In this document: positions 54,591 to 64,000 of the stretch, piece after piece
Layout: every line of letters begins with the position of its first letter
Numbering within the stretch: the first letter of the stretch is position 1
Source of the DNA: an uncultured delta proteobacterium
Lineage (GTDB): Bacteria; Desulfobacterota; Binatia; DP-6
Direction: 5' to 3'
DNA: 64,000 nt
NCBI GenBank assembly: GCA_963851365.1
Contig: CAWKPA010000001.1
Coordinates: forward strand, 40,390 to 104,389
Made by a program: the position numbers and the translations under genes
Notes under the pieces: generated by a model
What the model was told of the DNA's origin: nothing
The model's input: the letters and a program-made list of their open reading frames with translations, nothing else
Database searches by the model: none

Positions 54591-55061
54591 ATGCCGAAAA
54601 GGAGGCGCAGGATGTGGACGATGCTCGCCATGACGCTGGCCGTGCTCGGCGTCGCGGTCGCCGGGGCGCAGTTCACGGCCGACGTGCGCGAGGCGCTCGC
54701 GACCGCCAAGAACCTCTACGTCGCCACCAAGCGGGCGGACGGCAGCACCAGCCAGGTCTCGCCGATCTGGTTCATGGTCGACGGAGACGCGATCTACTTC
54801 ACGACCGTCCCGACCAGCTACAAGGCCAAGCGGATCGCCAAGGGCAGTCCGGTGCTGGTGTGGGTGGGCAGCGAGCAGGGGCCCCACTTCGTCGGCACGG
54901 GCGAGGTCCTGCGCGATCCCGAGCTGGCCGAGAAGATGGCGCCCGTCTACGACCAGAAGTACTGGATCTCCTGGCTCGGGTTCTTCCGGCCACGCGCGGA
55001 CCGCGTGCGCGAGGGCAAGACGGTGATCGTGCGGGTCACGCCGCTGCCCGCGGGGAGCTGA
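54591..55061 (+). CDS. PNPOx-like split-barrel protein with N-terminal signal/anchor
   Basis: MPKRRRRMWTMLAMTLAVLGVAVAGAQF, then LYVATKRADGSTSQVSPIWFMVDGDAIYFTT..AKRIAKGSPV (PPOX-family pattern). Alternative start 54612. Confidence 0.7.
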   Translation: MPKRRRRMWTMLAMTLAVLGVAVAGAQFTADVREALATAKNLYVATKRADGSTSQVSPIWFMVDGDAIYFTTVPTSYKAKRIAKGSPVLVWVGSEQGPHFVGTGEVLRDPELAEKMAPVYDQKYWISWLGFFRPRADRVREGKTVIVRVTPLPAGS

Positions 55062-55071
55062 CGCCGCCCGC

Positions 55072-56358
55072 TCAGGCGCCGACCGGTTCGGTCGCCACCT
55101 CGCGGCGCGCCGGGTCGTAGCGCATGGCGAGGTCGCCGCGGGCGATCGCGAGGAGCGTGTCGCCGACCAGCTTCCGCCGCCAGCCCTGCAGCAGCGCCGG
55201 TTCGTCTCCGTCGGCAGCGGGCGCACCTCCCTTGGCGGTCGCACGCGCCACCAGGGCGTCGAGCTCGCGGCTACTCGCGATGACCTCGGCGGCGAGCTCG
55301 TCGCGGTCCGCCACCGCCTGCACCGCCGCCCGCAGGAGCGCCACCAACCCCGGTGGCGGGGCCTGGCGGCGCAGGCGGTCCGGCGCTTGCGGCCATGCTT
55401 CCTTCGGACACTCCCGCCCGGCGCGAAGCGCCGCGATGACGTTGCGGCCATGGCGATCCACCGTGCCCGGGGACAGACCGCGCACGCCGCGCAGCTCTTC
55501 GACATGATCGACGGGGCGTCCGGCGAGCGTCACCAGGACGACGTCGTTGGCGATGAAGTTCGGCCGGATGTTCGCGCGCCGCGCCGCCCGCTCGCGCCAG
55601 CTGGCCAGCTCGCGCAGCACGGCGAGTTCGGACGGGTCGAGCCGCTGCCACCCCTTCACGGTCTGGTAGCGTTCCTCGTCGGGCAGCGCTTGATAGCGCG
55701 CCGCGTCCTCGAGCCGCTTGAGCTCTTCCTCGACCCACGCGAGCCGCCCGCGGCGCTCGAGGTCGGCCTGCAGGCGATCGTGCAGATCGAAGAGGTGGGC
55801 GACGTCGGCGCGAGCATAGGCGAGTTGCTCGGGCTTGAGCGGCCGGCGCGTCCAGTCGGTGTACGTCTGGTCCTTGCGGATGCGCACCTTCAGCACCCGC
55901 TCCAGGAGGACGCTCAATCCGACCTGCAGCCCGTACCCCAGGAAGGCGGCCTCCACCTGGGTGTCGACCACGCCGCGCATCGGTTCGCCCATCAGAAGGG
56001 CCATGATCTCGAGGTCCTGGCCGCCGCCGTGGAGGACGACCGGAATGTCGGGGTCGCGCAGGACCGGGAAGAGCGGCGAGAGGTCGGACAGCACGGTCGC
56101 ATCGATGACGGCGCACTCCTGGCCGGCGGCGATCTGCACGACGCCCAGTGTGGGGCGGTAGGTGCGCTCCCAGACGAATTCGGTGTCGATGGCCAGCCGG
56201 CCGGCCGCGCGGATGCGGCCCGCCAGGTCGGTCAGCTCGGCGCGATGGGTGAGGAGCGGCGGGTTCTCGGGCACGGTGGGCTGTGGTAGCCGGGTCGACC
56301 AGGGCCCCGCAACCTCCCGCTCCGGCGGCCCGACCCGCGGACAGGGCACCCGGCTCAC
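55072..56358 (-). CDS. rnd: ribonuclease D
   Basis: DEDD motifs LAIDTEF, VLHGGGQDLE and YARADVAHL, with an HRDC-like C-terminus. Start uncertain (GTG 56358 or GTG 56274). Confidence 0.85.
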   Translation of the reverse strand: MSRVPCPRVGPPEREVAGPWSTRLPQPTVPENPPLLTHRAELTDLAGRIRAAGRLAIDTEFVWERTYRPTLGVVQIAAGQECAVIDATVLSDLSPLFPVLRDPDIPVVLHGGGQDLEIMALLMGEPMRGVVDTQVEAAFLGYGLQVGLSVLLERVLKVRIRKDQTYTDWTRRPLKPEQLAYARADVAHLFDLHDRLQADLERRGRLAWVEEELKRLEDAARYQALPDEERYQTVKGWQRLDPSELAVLRELASWRERAARRANIRPNFIANDVVLVTLAGRPVDHVEELRGVRGLSPGTVDRHGRNVIAALRAGRECPKEAWPQAPDRLRRQAPPPGLVALLRAAVQAVADRDELAAEVIASSRELDALVARATAKGGAPAADGDEPALLQGWRRKLVGDTLLAIARGDLAMRYDPARREVATEPVGA

Positions 56359-56378
56359 CGCGAGGCGATGCTGCGGGC

Positions 56379-57203
56379 TCAGGCAGGGCGCCAGCGGCCG
56401 TCACGCAGCACGAGCGACCGCGCCGGCTGCTCGGGCCGCCCCGTGGCGTCCGGATAGCGCAACGTCGCCAATCCGCCCGTTTCGACCACCTCGGGACGCA
56501 CGGCCCGCACCGCGCGACGGCGCGCGTCGTCGAGCACGGCGTCGATCGACGGGAAGCCCGCGAGGTCGTCCAGCGTCCGCACCGTGGGGGGAATCAGCAT
56601 GATGTCGCCGCGCTCGTGGGCCGCCAGCGCGGCCCGCGGCGCGTACCATTGACAGCTCACCGTTTCGGTGCCGTCTGGGCAGGCTTCCTGGCCGGGTGGC
56701 ATGCGCCCGACCAGGAAACGGGTATCGAAGCGCCGCGGATTCTGGCGCGGCGTGATCCAGCGCGCGAAGTAGTACAGGGCGTCGGTGGCCGGCCGGAGGC
56801 CGTGCTCGCCGAGCAACGTCGCGAAGGACTCGCCCGCGTGGAGGCGCGCGCGCAGCCGCGCGAGCTCCGGCGCGAGCGGTCCGTCGAGGGGCCGGGCGCC
56901 GGCGGACGCCAGCAGGATGCCCACTTCCTCGAACAACTCCCGCACCGCCGCGACCCAGTAGGGCACGACGCCGGGCGGGCGATCGCCCTCCCCCGGCTCA
57001 GCCCAGGACTGGTCGGCCGGCAGCACCGCGTCCGGCAGCTCGTGATCGCCGGCATCGACCACGCCGCCGGGAAAGGCGTGCACGCCGGGGAAGGTGACGC
57101 TGCCGTGCCGCTCAAGCATGAGCACGTGGAAGGGGCCGTCCGGACCCGGGTCGTCGCGCAAGAGCATGACGGTGCTCGACGGCAAGGGCTCGACGTCCGA
57201 CAC
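56379..57203 (-). CDS. NUDIX hydrolase
   Basis: Nudix box FPGGVVD...AAVRELFEEVGILLA. Sits 20 nt upstream of rnd on the same strand. Confidence 0.85.
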   Translation of the reverse strand: MSDVEPLPSSTVMLLRDDPGPDGPFHVLMLERHGSVTFPGVHAFPGGVVDAGDHELPDAVLPADQSWAEPGEGDRPPGVVPYWVAAVRELFEEVGILLASAGARPLDGPLAPELARLRARLHAGESFATLLGEHGLRPATDALYYFARWITPRQNPRRFDTRFLVGRMPPGQEACPDGTETVSCQWYAPRAALAAHERGDIMLIPPTVRTLDDLAGFPSIDAVLDDARRRAVRAVRPEVVETGGLATLRYPDATGRPEQPARSLVLRDGRWRPA

Positions 57204-57295
57204 GCCGGGAACTCTAGCGACCTCGCCGACCGACGTCCATGCGCCGTCCGCTTGACCCGGCCGCTGCCCACCGCAAGATCGACCCGGGAATCCGT

Positions 57296-57988
57296 ATGAT
57301 CGACGTCCGCCATGTCTCCCGCGTCTACCATCGGGGCGTCGACCTGGTGCATGCCCTCGACGACGTGAGCGTCGTCGTCCCGGCCGGGCGCTTCGTCGCC
57401 CTCATGGGCCCGTCGGGCTCCGGGAAGTCCACGCTGCTCCACCTGATCGCGGGACTCGATCGCCCCGACGCCGGCGACGTCGTGGTGGCCGGCGAAACGC
57501 TCTCGGCGCTCGACGAGGACGCGCTGGCCGACTGGCGCGCGCGGCATGTCGGGCTGATCTTCCAGTTCTACAACCTGCTCCCGGTATTGACCGCGGTGGA
57601 GAACGTCGAGCTGCCGTTGCTGCTGACCCGGCTCGGGCGACGGGAGCGGCGTGATCGCGCGCTCCTGGCGCTGCGGGCCGTCGGCCTCCCGCACCGCGCC
57701 GACCACCGCCCGCAGCAGCTGTCGGGCGGCGAACAGCAGCGCGTCGCCATCGCGCGCGCGATCGTGACGGATCCCGATCTGCTGGTCGCCGACGAACCGA
57801 CCGGCGACCTCGACGCCCGGAGCGCCGAGGACATCCTCACGCTGCTCCGCGAGATGAACCGCGCCTTCGAGAAGACCATCGTGATGGTGACGCACGACCC
57901 GCGCGCCGAACGCTGGGTGGACACCGTCGTGCGACTGGACAAAGGCGTGCTGGTCGACGACGGCGGCCTCGGCCGGGCCACCGCATGA
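57296..57988 (+). CDS. ABC transporter ATP-binding protein (MacB/LolD type)
   Basis: GPSGSGKSTLL, LSGGEQQRVAIARA, LLVADEPTGDLD. ATG 57296. Confidence 0.9.
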   Translation: MIDVRHVSRVYHRGVDLVHALDDVSVVVPAGRFVALMGPSGSGKSTLLHLIAGLDRPDAGDVVVAGETLSALDEDALADWRARHVGLIFQFYNLLPVLTAVENVELPLLLTRLGRRERRDRALLALRAVGLPHRADHRPQQLSGGEQQRVAIARAIVTDPDLLVADEPTGDLDARSAEDILTLLREMNRAFEKTIVMVTHDPRAERWVDTVVRLDKGVLVDDGGLGRATA

Positions 57989-59160
57989 CCTACGGCCGCC
58001 TCGTCCTGCGCAATCTGCTGCGCCGTCCCCTCCGCAGTGTGCTCACCACGCTCTCGATCGCGCTGTCGATCTTCCTGGTGTGCGCCGTGCTCACGCTGCC
58101 CTCTGCCCTCGAGGCCATCATGGAGCAGGCGGCGTCGAACGTGCGCATCTCGGTGCACCATGAAGCGGGCCTCACGTACTGGCTGCCGCAGTCGTACCTG
58201 CGGCGGGTCAAGACCATCCCCGGGGTCGCCGCGGTGAACGAGTACTCGTGGTTCGGCGGCATCTACGACGAGCCCAAGAACATGTTCCCCAACTTCGCGA
58301 TCGACCCGGAGACCGTCGGCGACGTGTGGGCGGACTACCAGATCGATCCCGCCGCGCTCGCCCGCTTCAAGACGGTCCGCAACGCCGCCCTCGTGGGCGA
58401 GGCCACGTTCCAGAAGTTCGGCTGGCGGATCGGCCAGAACGTCACGCTGCGGGGCTCGCTCTTCCCGGTCGACCTCACGTTCGAGATCGTCGGCGTCATT
58501 CCGTCCAAGACGCAGGTCAGCGGCAACAGCGTGTTCTGGTTCAACCGCAAGTACCTCGAGGAGGCCATGGAGCCCCGCGGCGGGCTCAAGAACGTCGGCA
58601 TGATCTGGCTGCGCGCCGAGCGCCCGGAACTGGTCGACGACATCATCGCGCAGGTGGATGCGATGTTCCGCAACTCCGAGGCGGAAGTGGCGGCGGAAAC
58701 CGAGAAGGCGTTCATCGGGGGCTTCATGAGCACCTTCGCCGGGCTGATGCGCATCATCCTGATCGTGGGGTTCCTGGTGGTGGGCGCCGTCGTGTTGATC
58801 GCGGCCAACACCAGCGCCATGGGCATCCGCGAGCGCATCCCGGAGATCGCCATCCTGAAGAGCATCGGCTTTCGCCGCCGGCCGATCCTGGCGGCGCTGC
58901 TCGCCGAATCGACGCTGCAGGGGTTGATAGGCGGCCTCGTCGGCGCGGCCGGCGCTTATGGCGTCCTCGAGTGGCTGCGGGTCGCCGGCAAGACCGGTGG
59001 CGGCGGCTTTCTGGGCCCGCTCGGCGGCTTCCGCATGTCGCCGGCGATCGCCGCCGAAGGACTCGCGCTCGCCGTGGTGGTCGGTTTCGTCGCGGGCCTG
59101 GTGCCGGCGTGGAACGGCGCGCGCCTCAACGTGATCGAGGCCCTCCGCAAACTCTTCTGA
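57985..59160 (+). CDS. ABC transporter permease (FtsX/MacB-type)
   Basis: N-terminal TM helix, large periplasmic domain, and a C-terminal FtsX-like 3-TM segment with ILKSIGFRRR. ATGA overlap with the ATPase gene. Confidence 0.85.
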   Translation: MTYGRLVLRNLLRRPLRSVLTTLSIALSIFLVCAVLTLPSALEAIMEQAASNVRISVHHEAGLTYWLPQSYLRRVKTIPGVAAVNEYSWFGGIYDEPKNMFPNFAIDPETVGDVWADYQIDPAALARFKTVRNAALVGEATFQKFGWRIGQNVTLRGSLFPVDLTFEIVGVIPSKTQVSGNSVFWFNRKYLEEAMEPRGGLKNVGMIWLRAERPELVDDIIAQVDAMFRNSEAEVAAETEKAFIGGFMSTFAGLMRIILIVGFLVVGAVVLIAANTSAMGIRERIPEIAILKSIGFRRRPILAALLAESTLQGLIGGLVGAAGAYGVLEWLRVAGKTGGGGFLGPLGGFRMSPAIAAEGLALAVVVGFVAGLVPAWNGARLNVIEALRKLF

Positions 59161-59166
59161 CTCCGC

Positions 59167-60339
59167 ATGGCCGTCCCCCTCAGCTATAACGTGCGCAACC
59201 TCGTCGTCCGACGCTGGACGAGCGCGTTCACCGCCGGCGGCATCGCGCTCGTGGTGGCCGCCACCATGCTGCTCGCTGCGTTGGTGAGCAGCCTGCAGAG
59301 CTTGCTGATCTCGGCAGGCGAGCCCGACAATCTGGTGGTGCTGCGCAAAGGCGCCACCAGCGACGGGTCGAGCCAGGTGCCCCGCGACGCGATGCTCGCG
59401 GTGCGCGCACTCTCCGGGATCGCCGTTGGTCCGATGGACGAGCCGCTGCTGTCGGCCGAAGTGGTGAACCAGCCCTTCCTGCGGACACCCGACGGCGGCC
59501 GCGACAACGTGCTCGTGCGCGGCGTCGAGCCGGTCGCGTTCGCGGTCCACCGCCGCGTGCGTCTCACCGACGGTCGGGTGTTCCGGCCGAAGCTCGGCGA
59601 GATCGTCGTGGGCAGCGGCGCCGCCCGGCGGTACGGGCTCGGCGTCGGCAGCACGGTCGAGCTGGGCCGCCGCCGCTGGACCGTGGTGGGCATCTTCGAC
59701 TCGGGCGGCACGGCGTTCGACAGCGAGATCTGGGCCGACGTCACGGACGTGCAGGACGACACCCGCCGCCAGGGCTACTCCGGCATTCGCCTCACCGTCG
59801 CGCCGGAGAGCGACGCCCGGACCCTCATCCGTCGGATCGAGGCCGACGGTCGCTTCACGCTCGAAGCGAAGCCCGAGACCGTGTACTACGCCGAGCAGGC
59901 GGAAACCGCGCGGTCGCTCTACGTGCTCGTGCTGACGCTCGCGACGGTGATGGGCATCGGCGCCACCTTCGGCGCGCTCAACACCATGTACACCGCCGTC
60001 GCCAGTCGCGTCGCGGAGATCGGGACGCTCCGGGCGCTGGGCTTCGGACGTGGCGCCATCCTGGCGTCGTTCCTCGCCGAATCGCTGCTCCTCGCCGCCG
60101 CCGGCGCCGCCGCCGGCATCGCGCTGGCGCTCCTCGGCATGCTCGCCATCAACACGTTGCTCTCGGGGGTCGCCTTCAGCATGATGACCTTCAGCGTGGC
60201 GACCGTGCTCCTGAAACCCACCCTGGGCGGCGCGCTGCTCGGCCTCGCCTTCGCCACCGCCATCGGGTTCTTCGGCGGCCTCGCACCCGCCTGGCGGGCG
60301 GCGCACCTGCGCGTCGTCGACGCCCTCCGGCACGCCTGA
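59167..60339 (+). CDS. ABC transporter permease (FtsX/MacB-type), second copy
   Basis: Same architecture as the first permease. Contains TLRALGFGRG. Confidence 0.85.
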   Translation: MAVPLSYNVRNLVVRRWTSAFTAGGIALVVAATMLLAALVSSLQSLLISAGEPDNLVVLRKGATSDGSSQVPRDAMLAVRALSGIAVGPMDEPLLSAEVVNQPFLRTPDGGRDNVLVRGVEPVAFAVHRRVRLTDGRVFRPKLGEIVVGSGAARRYGLGVGSTVELGRRRWTVVGIFDSGGTAFDSEIWADVTDVQDDTRRQGYSGIRLTVAPESDARTLIRRIEADGRFTLEAKPETVYYAEQAETARSLYVLVLTLATVMGIGATFGALNTMYTAVASRVAEIGTLRALGFGRGAILASFLAESLLLAAAGAAAGIALALLGMLAINTLLSGVAFSMMTFSVATVLLKPTLGGALLGLAFATAIGFFGGLAPAWRAAHLRVVDALRHA

Positions 60340-61523
60340 TGGCCGTCGCGCCCGAGGAGCTGCGCAAGAACCTGGACGCGCTGCGCCTGGAGCGCGGGCC
60401 CGCGCCGGCCCGCCGCCGGTGGCTCCGCTGGGTCGCGCCCGGGCTGGCGCTGCTCATCGCCGTGGCAGCGGTCGGCCGGCGCCTGGCCACCGGGCGCGTC
60501 CCCACGGTCGACGCCACCCCCGTCGTGGTATCGTCGGCCGAAGGCGGCGACGGCATGCCCGTGCTCTCGGGCGCTGGCTACGTGGTGAGCGCCGACCGCT
60601 ACATTTCCATCGGCGTGCGCGTCGCGGGCCGCATCGACCGCTACCTCGTCGAGGAAGGAGATCGCGTGCGAACCGGCGACCCGCTGGTCGAGCTCGATGC
60701 TCGCGAGTACCGCTCGACGGTCGCACGCGCCACCGCGAATCGCGCGCTGGCGGAGGCCGAAGCGACGCTCGCGCGGCGGCGCGCCGAGCGGGCCGAGACG
60801 CTCCACCGCGAGGGCATCGTATCGCGGGAGGAACTGGACCTCCGGCGCGCCGAAGCCGAGACGGCCGCCGCGCGCGTGGCCTCCGCCAAAGCCGACCTCG
60901 ACGCCGCGCAGGTCGCGCTCGAGTACACCACGCTGCGCGCGCCGCGGAGTGGCGTCATCCTGGCGAAGTTGAAGGAGGTGGGCGAGATCGCCGTCCCGGG
61001 CGGGTTCTCAGGCTCGGGCGACCTGATCCGCATGGCCAATCTCGAGGACCTGCGCGGCCAAGTGGACATCACCGAAGCCGAGCTCGGCAAGATCCACGTC
61101 GGGCAGCGGGCGGAGTTGGTTCCCGACGCCCATCCCGACCGCCGGTACGCGGCCCACGTCGTGAAGCTCTATCCGCAGGTGGACAGGCAGAAGGGGACGC
61201 TCCGCGTCGAGGTGCAGATCGAGCGACCCGACGAGCACCTGTGGCCGGACATGAGCGCGCGCATCACGTTTCTCGAACCCGTGCGGGCGGCGGCACCCGG
61301 CGGAGCGACCGTGCTGGTTCCTCGCAGCGCCGTCCGCACGAGCCCGCAGGGAGCGTATGCGTGGGTGCTGCACGACGGCCGCGCCCACAGGACACCCATC
61401 ACCATCGGTCCCGAGTTCGCGGACCAGGTGCAGATCACGGCCGGGTTGTCGGGCGGCGAGCGCGTGGTCATCGGCGACCCGCCGCCACTCGAGGACGGTC
61501 AACCGGTGCGCGAGCGCGGGTAA
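60339..61523 (+). CDS. efflux periplasmic adaptor (HlyD/MacA-type membrane fusion protein)
   Basis: TM anchor, lipoyl-like GDRVRTGDPLVELD, a coiled-coil hairpin, then beta-barrel segments. TGATG overlap with the upstream permease. Confidence 0.85.
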   Translation: MAVAPEELRKNLDALRLERGPAPARRRWLRWVAPGLALLIAVAAVGRRLATGRVPTVDATPVVVSSAEGGDGMPVLSGAGYVVSADRYISIGVRVAGRIDRYLVEEGDRVRTGDPLVELDAREYRSTVARATANRALAEAEATLARRRAERAETLHREGIVSREELDLRRAEAETAAARVASAKADLDAAQVALEYTTLRAPRSGVILAKLKEVGEIAVPGGFSGSGDLIRMANLEDLRGQVDITEAELGKIHVGQRAELVPDAHPDRRYAAHVVKLYPQVDRQKGTLRVEVQIERPDEHLWPDMSARITFLEPVRAAAPGGATVLVPRSAVRTSPQGAYAWVLHDGRAHRTPITIGPEFADQVQITAGLSGGERVVIGDPPPLEDGQPVRERG

Positions 61524-61549
61524 CGCGTCGCTGGCCGGAGACGTCTGGT

Positions 61550-61573
61550 CCGCGCTCCGCCGATCGGACGCGG
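61550..61573. terminator. candidate bidirectional hairpin between convergent genes
   Basis: ccgcg(c)tccg-ccgat-cggacgcgg forms a ~9-bp stem with one bulge. No T-run. Lies between the stops at 61523 and 61585. Confidence 0.25.
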
Positions 61574-61584
61574 CCTCGCCGGCG

Positions 61585-63369
61585 CTACTGCCGCCCGACG
61601 AACGATTCCAGGGTGCGCGAGCGGTTCGGGCTGCGCAGCTTGCGCAGCGCCTTCGCCTCGATCTGCCGGATGCGCTCACGCGTGACCGCGAACCGCTGGC
61701 CGACCTCCTCGAGCGTGTAGTCGGACTTCTCGCCGATGCCGAAGCGCAGGCGCAGGATCTGCTCTTCGCGCGGCGTCAGCGTCGCGAGCACCTTGCGCGT
61801 CTGCTCCTCGAGCGACAGCGCCATCGCCGCGTCGGCCGGCGAGAGGGTCTGGCGATCCTCGACGAAATCACCGAGCGAGCTCTCCTCGTCGTCGCCGATC
61901 GGCGTCTCGAGCGATACCGGCTCCTTCACGATCTTGAGCACCTTGCGGACCTTGTCCGCCGGCATCTCCATCTGCTCCGCGATCTCTTCGGCGCTGGGCT
62001 CGCGACCGAACTGCTGCACCAGGTAGCGTGAGGTGCGGATGACCTTGTTGATGGTCTCGATCATGTGGACCGGAATCCGGATCGTGCGCGCCTGATCGGC
62101 GATGGCACGGCTCACGGACTGGCGGATCCACCAGGTGGCGTAGGTCGAGAACTTGTAGCCGCGCTGGTACTCGAACTTCTCGACCGCGCGCATGAGGCCG
62201 ATGTTCCCCTCCTGGATCAGGTCGAGGAAACCGAGGCCGCGGTTGGTGTAGCGCTTGGCGATGGAGACGACCAGGCGGAGGTTCGCCTCGATGAGCCGCC
62301 GCTTGCCCTCCTGCGCCTTCGCCTCGCCTCGCCGGATGACGCGCAGGACATCTCGCAGCATCTCGGGCGGCATGCCGACGTCTTCGGTGGCCTGCTTGAC
62401 GCGGCGCCGGGCCTCTTTGATGGTTTCGCCGGCCTCGAGCACCTGGGCGGCAGGGGCGTGGAACATCCGGCTGGCGACCTGCCGGGCATCCTTCTCCTCC
62501 GCCTTGATGCGAGCGGAGTGCCGGATCACCTCGGTGCTGGAATGCCCGAGCCGCTCCTCGAGCCGGCGCACGGTCAGCAGATCGCGGTCGACGATCGCGT
62601 GAGCGCTCTTCAAGGTCTCGACCAGGCTCGTGATGTGCTTCGCGCCGACCTTGGTGTCGAGGAGCACTTCGCGCGCCTGCTGCGCGATCACGTCGAGCCG
62701 CTTCGCAATCGCGGCCTTGCGGGTCTTGGAGGTGCGCGCCTTGCCCCGTTCGGCATCCAGCTTGCCGCGTTCGCCGACCAGCCGGCGCAGCTTGGTGACG
62801 TGCTTCAGGAACGCATCGGCCCGCTTGTCCTCGCGCGGACCACTCTCGCCGCCCTCCGAAGTCTCCCCGGTCGTCGCCTCGTCGTCGCCGAATACGTACC
62901 GGGCTTCGATCTCCTGGCGCTTCAGGCGATCGGCCAGGCTGAGCACGTACGCGACGGCGAGGTCCAGGGAGAAGACGGCTTCGCGCACCTCGCGCTCGCC
63001 GGTCTCGATCTCCTTGGCGATCGCGACCTCCTCCTCGCGCGTGAGGAGGGGTACCCCGCCCATTTCCTGGAGGTACATCCGGACCGGGTCCGCGGTCTCG
63101 CCAGGGGCCCGCTCGACCTCTTCCGCTTCGGCCGGCTCCTCGGTCCACTCCTGCTCCGCCGGCTTGTCGGTGGACTCCTCCGTCAAGGCCGTCTCCTCGA
63201 CGCCCTCGCCTTCGATGTCCATGTCGCCCAACAGCGAGACCACCTGATCGAGGTCCTCGGCGGCAGCCGGTTCGGCCTGCCCCTCGCGAGGCTCCTCGGC
63301 CGCAGCCGCACGGGTTGCAGGCCGCGCCGCCCGGGCACGGGGCTTCTTCTCGGGGGATCGTTTTTCCAT
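61585..63369 (-). CDS. rpoD: primary RNA polymerase sigma factor
   Basis: [11 protein letters not shown], region 2 [53 protein letters not shown], region 4 [30 protein letters not shown] 63369. Confidence 0.95.
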   Translation of the reverse strand: MEKRSPEKKPRARAARPATRAAAAEEPREGQAEPAAAEDLDQVVSLLGDMDIEGEGVEETALTEESTDKPAEQEWTEEPAEAEEVERAPGETADPVRMYLQEMGGVPLLTREEEVAIAKEIETGEREVREAVFSLDLAVAYVLSLADRLKRQEIEARYVFGDDEATTGETSEGGESGPREDKRADAFLKHVTKLRRLVGERGKLDAERGKARTSKTRKAAIAKRLDVIAQQAREVLLDTKVGAKHITSLVETLKSAHAIVDRDLLTVRRLEERLGHSSTEVIRHSARIKAEEKDARQVASRMFHAPAAQVLEAGETIKEARRRVKQATEDVGMPPEMLRDVLRVIRRGEAKAQEGKRRLIEANLRLVVSIAKRYTNRGLGFLDLIQEGNIGLMRAVEKFEYQRGYKFSTYATWWIRQSVSRAIADQARTIRIPVHMIETINKVIRTSRYLVQQFGREPSAEEIAEQMEMPADKVRKVLKIVKEPVSLETPIGDDEESSLGDFVEDRQTLSPADAAMALSLEEQTRKVLATLTPREEQILRLRFGIGEKSDYTLEEVGQRFAVTRERIRQIEAKALRKLRSPNRSRTLESFVGRQ

Positions 63370-63607
63370 GCGAGTCACGACGGCGACGACAGGACGGCGT
63401 CTACCGGCGGAGCCAACGGCTCCGATCGGCGACCGACGCGAGACACTGACGGTCTTTCCGCACCTTGTGGGAGTGTGTCCGAGAACGAGGGTGCACCGAG
63501 CAGGCAGAACCGGCAAGGCCCGGATGCAGTATCAAGGGCAGGAACGTACTTTCCGGAGTATGGCCAGTCAAGCGGAAATACCCCGCCCCCAGGGGCGGGA
63601 CGGCCTC

Positions 63608-63635
63608 TTGCGTGACAGGCCCCTCGACGTATGTT
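63608..63635 (+). promoter_or_regulatory. candidate sigma70-type promoter for htpX
   Basis: TTGCGT (63608-63613), a 16-nt spacer, then TATGTT (63630-63635). GAGGAGG at 63643-63649, ATG at 63655. Confidence 0.3.
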
Positions 63636-63654
63636 GCCGGGCGAGGAGGTTCTC

Positions 63655-64000
63655 ATGATGTGGGCCAAGCGAATCGTGCTCTTCCTGCTCACCAACTTCC
63701 TGGTGCTGCTCACCATCTCGGTCCTGGTGCAGTTCCTGGGACTCCGGAGCGGGCTCGGAGCATACGGCATCAACTATGGCGAGCTGATGCTGTTCTGCCT
63801 GGTCTGGGGCATGGCCGGCTCCCTCATTTCCCTGGCGCTCTCGCGAGTCATGGCCAAGCGCATGATGGGCGTCCGGGTGATCGACCCCGACACCCGGAAC
63901 CCCCAAGAGCGCCAGCTGCTCGAAACGGTCCGCACCCTGGCCCGCGGCGCCGGCCTCCCGGCGATGCCCGAGGTGGGCCAGTACGACAGCGCGGAGGTGA
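63655..64000 (+). CDS. htpX: protease HtpX homolog, 5' portion (runs off the right window edge)
   Basis: Not in the ORF track because there is no stop in the window. MMWAKRIVLFLLTNFLVLLTISVLVQFLGL...LFCLVWGMAGSLISLALSR resembles HtpX N-termini. Strong SD. Confidence 0.8.
   Translation, partial: MMWAKRIVLFLLTNFLVLLTISVLVQFLGLRSGLGAYGINYGELMLFCLVWGMAGSLISLALSRVMAKRMMGVRVIDPDTRNPQERQLLETVRTLARGAGLPAMPEVGQYDSAEV

Noticed and set aside
63601-63635. Sigma32 heat-shock promoter for htpX (CTTG... CCCC...)
   Set aside because: The CTTGCGT and CCCCTCGA elements are only ~6 nt apart, against the ~13-15 nt expected. Only a generic sigma70-like reading fits, and that with low confidence.

Overview
Very GC-rich bacterial chromosomal segment (about 70% GC by eye, not computed). 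It is densely packed with about 55 protein-coding genes. I found no rRNA, tRNA, CRISPR array, transposase, integrase or prophage genes.

Method and limits: in DNA this GC-rich, every region shows long spurious ORFs in several frames. I chose reading frames by third-codon-position GC bias, recognisable protein motifs, Shine-Dalgarno (SD) sites and stop/start overlaps. No database search was possible, so all family names come from motifs I recognised, and many start codons are inferred.

Housekeeping landmarks:
- recC-recB-recD operon (40013-48599, minus strand)
- hflK-hflC followed by a small J-domain membrane protein
- sufT-like gene
- rnd (RNase D) downstream of a NUDIX hydrolase gene
- MacB-type ABC transporter (ATPase, two FtsX-type permeases, periplasmic adaptor)
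- rpoD
- 5' end of htpX

Accessory content:
- Four translationally coupled glycan-synthesis genes at 33871-39867: a QxxRW processive GT2 synthase, an MsbA-like ABC exporter and two GT2 paralogs. They converge on a GT39/GT-C gene.
- A second SDR-GT39 pair.
- Lipid-related genes: thiolase with a DUF35 partner, an MMPL/RND transporter fused to a cyclic-nucleotide-binding domain, an SGNH hydrolase, a patatin and a chalcone-isomerase-like protein.
- A luciferase-like (LLM) oxidoreductase of the F420-dependent type and two PNPOx-type split-barrel proteins.
- Several secreted cysteine-rich proteins, two of which carry a planctomycete-type cytochrome c (PSCyt1-like) module.
- A GH1 beta-glucosidase pseudogene with clustered frameshifts.

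Four-nucleotide ATGA/GTGA/TTGA stop-start overlaps are pervasive.

Best novelty candidates:
1. A 404-aa protein whose C-terminus looks like a RelE/ParE toxin fold, fused behind a long coiled coil, with no antitoxin gene nearby.
2. A secreted PHM/DBH-like copper monooxygenase fused to a PSCyt1-like module.
3. The synthase plus ABC-exporter glycan cluster.
4. The MMPL transporter with a cNMP-binding domain.
5. The hflKC J-domain operon.
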